Shown piece by piece: positions 62,601 to 64,000 of a stretch of DNA of 64,000 nt (position 1 is the first letter of the stretch; each line of letters begins with the position of its first letter). Source of the stretch: Octopus sinensis (lineage: Eukaryota); assembly GCF_006345805.1 (NCBI RefSeq), contig NC_043008.1:50654001-50718000 (forward strand). The letters are read 5' to 3'. The translations under genes and the position numbers were made by a program. The notes below the pieces were generated by a model, which searched no databases, was not told the origin of the DNA, and saw nothing but the letters and a program-made list of their open reading frames with translations.

Positions 62601-63849
62601 GTCTTTTACGTGCCACCAGCACGGAAGCCAGATAGCCACTCTGACAACGATCACGCTTGGATGGTGCTCTTTGCATCCCACTAGCACGGATGCCAGTCAT
62701 CGAATTTGATTTTGATTTTGACTTTTGAAAATTTAATTCTTGTATACATAGAGGCATGACTATGTGGTTAAAAATCTTGCCTTGCGATCATGTGATTGTC
62801 AGTTCAATCCCACTGTATGGTACCTTGGGCAAGTGTCGTCTACTCTAAACTTGGCCAACCAATGTCTTGTGAGATAATTTGGTAGACAGAAACTGTGTAA
62901 AATCCTATATGTGAATGTGTGTCTTGTTTGTCTCTCCACAACTACTTGACAACCAGTGTTACTTTGTTTATATTCCTGTAACTCAATAGTTTAACAACAG
63001 AAGCTGACACAATCAAGTATCTAGCTTAATAAATACTGGGGTCAATTTGTTTGATAAAAATCCTTCAAGGTGATACCCCAACATGACTGCAGTCTAATGA
63101 CCGAAACAAATAAAAGATAATTTCTCTTTTTATTGCTATCAATTCATAAAATTTCTAAATATTATATTCAGATTACTTCTACATTCAAAATTGCATGACT
63201 TATAATAATCTTATAGAATTATTCTATTCTATTAATTTTCTTTTTTCAAAGAAATATTTTATAATGTAATCTTAAAAATGATCAAATTATTATTATAGAT
63301 ACAACTCATATCTGTCAACCGACTGAAGTTGATAAATAACAATGGATTGAATTACTATTTTTTTTCTGAAGAACTGGTGTTTCCATGCAAGCATCTACAT
63401 AATGATTACAGCACAACATACAAGCATTCACTAGTGAAACATATGTAAAGATATGTAATTGTTATAATCAGAAAATAACCTAAATCTTGTGTTTTATTCA
63501 ACTCTCAGATACATATAAATATATATAAATAAATAATTAAAGCATAGCTACTTTCATTGGGACTAATTATTACAAATAGTTATTATCTTAAATTAATTGA
63601 TGAGTCCCATAATTAAATAATGTTAACCTGTGTAAGCGTACTAATGAGATTCGTTATATTCTAATAAATAAGTGAATTTATCCCTGTGCCTGCATTACTT
63701 TTTTACCTTTTTTTAAAATATTTCTTAGTGTTTTGATCTTTTTGTTTCAGGTGAAAGTTGTTGAGAAATATTTCTCTAACCATTTATTAACACCAGACAA
63801 TGCAAGACTCATATTCCAAACTCTGCAACATGGTCTTGAATATGCTCGG
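24341..63849 (+). CDS. UBE4B: Ubiquitin conjugation factor E4 B (UBE4B/Ufd2), partial multi-exon gene: 11 coding exons in window, first coding exon not located, 3' exons beyond window
   Basis: Exons 24341-24524, 49130-49211, 50421-50505, 51884-52019, 53342-53489, 55712-55856, 56926-57026, 59054-59165, 60325-60465, 62109-62225, 63751-63849 join with consistent phases into 1350 nt / 450 codons with no stop. Peptides match recalled human UBE4B motifs in order: [19 protein letters not shown], IFxVSW, NYLxxCxxRV, HTALVLQG, LPx[15 protein letters not shown]. Confidence 0.96.
26295..26569. mobile_element. hAT-type MITE
   Basis: TIR tagtggttcccaacct / aggttggaaactactg; 8-bp TSD atttagtt / gtttagtt. 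Confidence 0.75.
27533..27980 (+). mobile_element. Head-to-tail family B SINE dimer
   Basis: The second unit restarts at agaaacgttagc directly after the aaagaaataagaaa tail of the first. Confidence 0.85.
28315..28930 (-). mobile_element. Family A SINE whose central linker has expanded into a ~300-bp compound microsatellite
   Basis: 3' module at 28315-28490, head at 28790-28930, with (atgtatacatgcgtatgc)n between. Confidence 0.8.
29250..29480. repeat. Compound (TATC)/(TG)/(TA) microsatellite
   Basis: Low-complexity run. Confidence 0.9.
31215..31705. repeat. Compound (TG)/(TA)/(CA) microsatellite
   Basis: ~490 bp of alternating purine-pyrimidine sequence. Confidence 0.95.
32181..32413. mobile_element. 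mariner-type MITE with a small SINE fragment inside
   Basis: Imperfect TIRs cgagagg..aaggttcctggcttt / ccatgaacttttcaacacacccttg. Confidence 0.55.
32501..32848. repeat. Imperfect foldback palindrome, ~165-bp arms, 17-nt spacer
   Basis: ttgtcaaactgatc / gatcagtttgacaa core with matching outer blocks (ttaagttttctggagaa, ttttacagttt.gtttttagat, ttctaatcaat). Confidence 0.8.
32893..33520. mobile_element. Inverted pair of family C 5'-extended fragments (32893-33060 plus, 33080-33520 minus)
   Basis: aggcaa..actagtgactgagaccttt..aatatgctgtgc occurs in both orientations. Confidence 0.7.
33990..34380 (-). mobile_element. Family C SINE with internal units
   Basis: (CAT)n tail abutting (TA)n, conserved block. 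Confidence 0.8.
34905..35120 (+). mobile_element. Probable Penelope-like (PLE) pLTR remnant with a degenerate minimal hammerhead motif (34991-35032)
   Basis: ...ccgttgaa GAGC atag GCTC GAAAC GTA aaagac; ends in (TA)n. Confidence 0.5.
36352..36752 (+). mobile_element. Near full-length family A SINE, low divergence
   Basis: Matches the consensus from gtggctgtgtggtaag to aagtaaaagag. Confidence 0.9.
37460..38020. repeat. CT-rich compound microsatellite; a similar tract lies at 50525-50760
   Basis: Pyrimidine-rich low-complexity run. Confidence 0.9.
38353..38764 (-). mobile_element. CR1 LINE 3' end nested in a family C SINE (38230-38980)
   Basis: [37 protein letters not shown]...; same family as the 20155 copy; family C units continue on both sides. 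Confidence 0.88.
39205..39550. mobile_element. Tail-to-tail family C pair (39205-39392 plus, 39415-39550 minus)
   Basis: A (GAT)n tail faces a (CAT)n tail across a (CATA)n spacer. Confidence 0.8.
40093..40246. mobile_element. Decayed hAT-type MITE
   Basis: cagggatgggcaa / tttgctcattgactg; flanks ctcaatat / ctttatat (6 of 8 match). Confidence 0.5.
40914..41193. mobile_element. hAT-type MITE
   Basis: TIR cagtgcttctcaaa / tttgagtagcactg; flanks ctgtaagt / ttgtaagg (6 of 8 match). Confidence 0.7.
42461..42734. repeat. Perfect inverted repeat, 106-bp arms, 62-nt A/T spacer
   Basis: 42461-42566 is the exact reverse complement of 42629-42734 (read by eye). Confidence 0.95.
42856..43750. repeat. 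Near-perfect inverted repeat, ~404-bp arms, 87-nt spacer
   Basis: 42856-43259 versus 43347-43750; four transition differences seen. Confidence 0.95.
43893..44180. repeat. Third, partial inverted copy of the spacer plus arm of the 42856-43750 palindrome
   Basis: Reverse complement of the 87-nt spacer followed by ~190 bp of arm sequence. Confidence 0.9.
44505..44912 (-). mobile_element. Full-length family A SINE, low divergence
   Basis: Both modules near consensus. Confidence 0.9.
47924..48349. mobile_element. Tigger/pogo-like MITE carrying a nested hAT-type MITE
   Basis: TIR ctgtggaatcttggtttatgaat / attcataaaccgaagttccactg. Confidence 0.65.
48172..48313. mobile_element. 142-bp MITE with a perfect 8-bp TSD (hAT-type)
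   Basis: TIR cactagtgtagc / gctacgctagtg; TSD ccttcagg at 48164-48171 and 48314-48321. Confidence 0.85.
48368..49109 (+). mobile_element. Three tandem family B-variant SINEs, each ending in (ATT)n
   Basis: gagctggc..aa heads at ~48370, 48600 and 48858; ATT tails at ~48575, 48808-48849 and 49061-49109. Confidence 0.85.
49130..49211 (+). CDS. UBE4B: UBE4B exon 3
   Basis: cttccacag|CT...AA|gtgagt, 82 nt, phase 1 to 2; [27 protein letters not shown] resembles human QSMDIDGVSCEK. Confidence 0.85.
49618..50020 (+). mobile_element. Composite element: inverted 3' module + tRNA-like head + (AAT)9 + 3' module with a hammerhead motif
   Basis: A box TGGTGTAGTGG 49776-49786; B box GTTCGATTC 49821-49829; (AAT)9 49844-49870; CTGATGA-stem-GAAA at 49924-49955; reverse-complement copy at 49618-49766. 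Confidence 0.8.
50421..50505 (+). CDS. UBE4B: UBE4B exon 4
   Basis: tgtttcag|T...CGT|gtaagt, 85 nt; [29 protein letters not shown]. Confidence 0.95.
51115..51600 (-). mobile_element. Family C SINE, long variant with short internal taccctc..gttacaag repeats
   Basis: (CAT)n tail; body similar to the 11454-11860 and 52925-53250 copies. Confidence 0.65.
51884..52019 (+). CDS. UBE4B: UBE4B exon 5
   Basis: ttctctag|GAT...GAAA|gtaaga, 136 nt; [45 protein letters not shown]. Confidence 0.93.
53342..53489 (+). CDS. UBE4B: UBE4B exon 6
   Basis: ttcttgcag|AA...AG|gtaagt, 148 nt; [29 protein letters not shown]...SSSPC. Confidence 0.93.
53872..54092. mobile_element. piggyBac-type MITE, same family as 12323, opposite orientation
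   Basis: ttaa|ccctttt...aaaaggg|ttga. Confidence 0.75.
54494..55460 (+). mobile_element. Family B SINE pentamer (one full head plus four ~184-bp head-truncated units)
   Basis: Junction gaaata|ggtatttcg at 54726, 54910, 55090, 55274; flanked by agaaatagcagccaaa at 54473-54488 and 55458-55473. Confidence 0.95.
55712..55856 (+). CDS. UBE4B: UBE4B exon 7
   Basis: ttctttcag|T...AAA|gtaagt, 145 nt; ...[25 protein letters not shown]. Confidence 0.95.
55929..56805. mobile_element. Second TTAA-flanked MITE family, fragmented, with nested family C pieces; a related copy lies at ~7525-7750
   Basis: ttaa|tccttcagcattt ... aagtgctgaagag|ttaa. Confidence 0.5.
56275..56746. mobile_element. Inverted family C pair (56275-56380 minus, 56420-56746 plus)
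   Basis: (CAT)n at the left end and (GAT)n at the right end, with complementary 3' blocks. Confidence 0.8.
56926..57026 (+). CDS. UBE4B: UBE4B exon 8
   Basis: cttttgtag|AAA...AG|gtaagt, 101 nt; [33 protein letters not shown]. Confidence 0.95.
57054..57475. mobile_element. 422-bp non-autonomous DNA transposon with 29-bp TIRs and 8-bp TSD (Merlin-like)
   Basis: TIR ggatctttttggtttgaacggcagttttt (1 mismatch); TSD gctctttt at 57046-57053 and 57476-57483. Confidence 0.85.
58335..58850. repeat. Minisatellite, ~24 x 21 bp (gcactatgtgcacctttaccga core)
   Basis: Direct tandem units with progressive drift from left to right. Confidence 0.95.
59054..59165 (+). CDS. UBE4B: UBE4B exon 9
   Basis: ttcctttag|A...AAG|gtaagg, 112 nt; [38 protein letters not shown]. 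Confidence 0.95.
59320..59665 (+). mobile_element. Family A SINE, diverged
   Basis: Head and 3' module recognisable. Confidence 0.7.
59720..60180 (-). mobile_element. Family C SINE with ~5 diverged internal units
   Basis: (CAT)n tail, conserved block, repeated ggatggtgctttttac. Confidence 0.85.
60325..60465 (+). CDS. UBE4B: UBE4B exon 10
   Basis: ccctttgtag|ATT...TTG|gtaagt, 141 nt; [47 protein letters not shown]. Confidence 0.95.
60685..61010 (+). mobile_element. CORE-type tRNA SINE with a 3' part different from the 8331 copy
   Basis: ggtgcatggcttagtggttag..gagttcaattcc..gtgtccttgagcaagacagtttatttcacattgctccagtccactca. Confidence 0.7.
61527..62000. mobile_element. piggyBac-type MITE interrupted by a family B SINE (minus, ~61545-61780)
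   Basis: ttaa|cccttttg ... aaaaagg|ttaa; ttttgttacta(a)gatttct is duplicated around the SINE. Confidence 0.8.
62109..62225 (+). CDS. UBE4B: UBE4B exon 11
   Basis: ctcattag|ATG...AAT|gttagt, 117 nt; [39 protein letters not shown]. Confidence 0.94.
62333..62705 (-). mobile_element. Family C SINE
   Basis: (CAT)n tail, conserved block and internal units. Confidence 0.8.
62750..63120 (+). mobile_element. Family A SINE, diverged
   Basis: Head and 3' module recognisable. Confidence 0.65.
63751..63849 (+). CDS. UBE4B: UBE4B exon 12
   Basis: tgtttcag|GTG...CGG|gtaagt, 99 nt; [33 protein letters not shown]. Confidence 0.95.
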
Positions 63850-64000
63850 GTAAGTGGGTCACCTGTTGTCGCTCTTTATTTAACCTTTGACCAGCTCAGA
63901 CTGAATGATATTCAAGCCATTACCTCTTAGCTTTTATTTCGGCACAGTGTATCTAGGACCATATTGTGTAATTTGTCCTCACCTCATATTCACTCAGTTT

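Overview
AT-rich, repeat-dense eukaryotic DNA. The SINE families present point to an octopus (coleoid cephalopod) genome; this is inferred, not searched. One protein-coding gene is clearly supported: UBE4B/Ufd2 (U-box E3/E4 ubiquitin ligase), + strand. Eleven GT-AG exons between 24341 and 63849 splice in phase into a 450-codon stop-free frame (IRRRRLARL... to ...LQHGLEYAR). The short first coding exon was not found, and the gene continues past the window end. The rest is intronic or intergenic: several tRNA-derived SINE families, an RTE-tail SINE with internal VNTR units, RTE and CR1 LINE remnants, hAT/piggyBac/Tc1-mariner/Merlin-like MITEs, microsatellites and minisatellites. Nearly all ORF-track entries are repeat artefacts. 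The most interesting observations are: (1) a tRNA-headed element whose 3' module carries a Penelope-type minimal hammerhead ribozyme motif and is duplicated in inverted orientation (49618-50020), plus a second hammerhead-like relic near 35000; (2) a cluster of near-perfect long palindromes (106-bp and 404-bp arms) at 42.5-44.2 kb; (3) a five-unit SINE concatemer inside a single 16-bp TSD; (4) a candidate alternative first exon (45949-46036) that would yield UBE4B without its p97/VCP-binding motif; (5) a Merlin-like MITE with a G-quadruplex motif 28 nt from a splice donor. Repeat coordinates are read by eye and are approximate unless a TSD or TIR is quoted.
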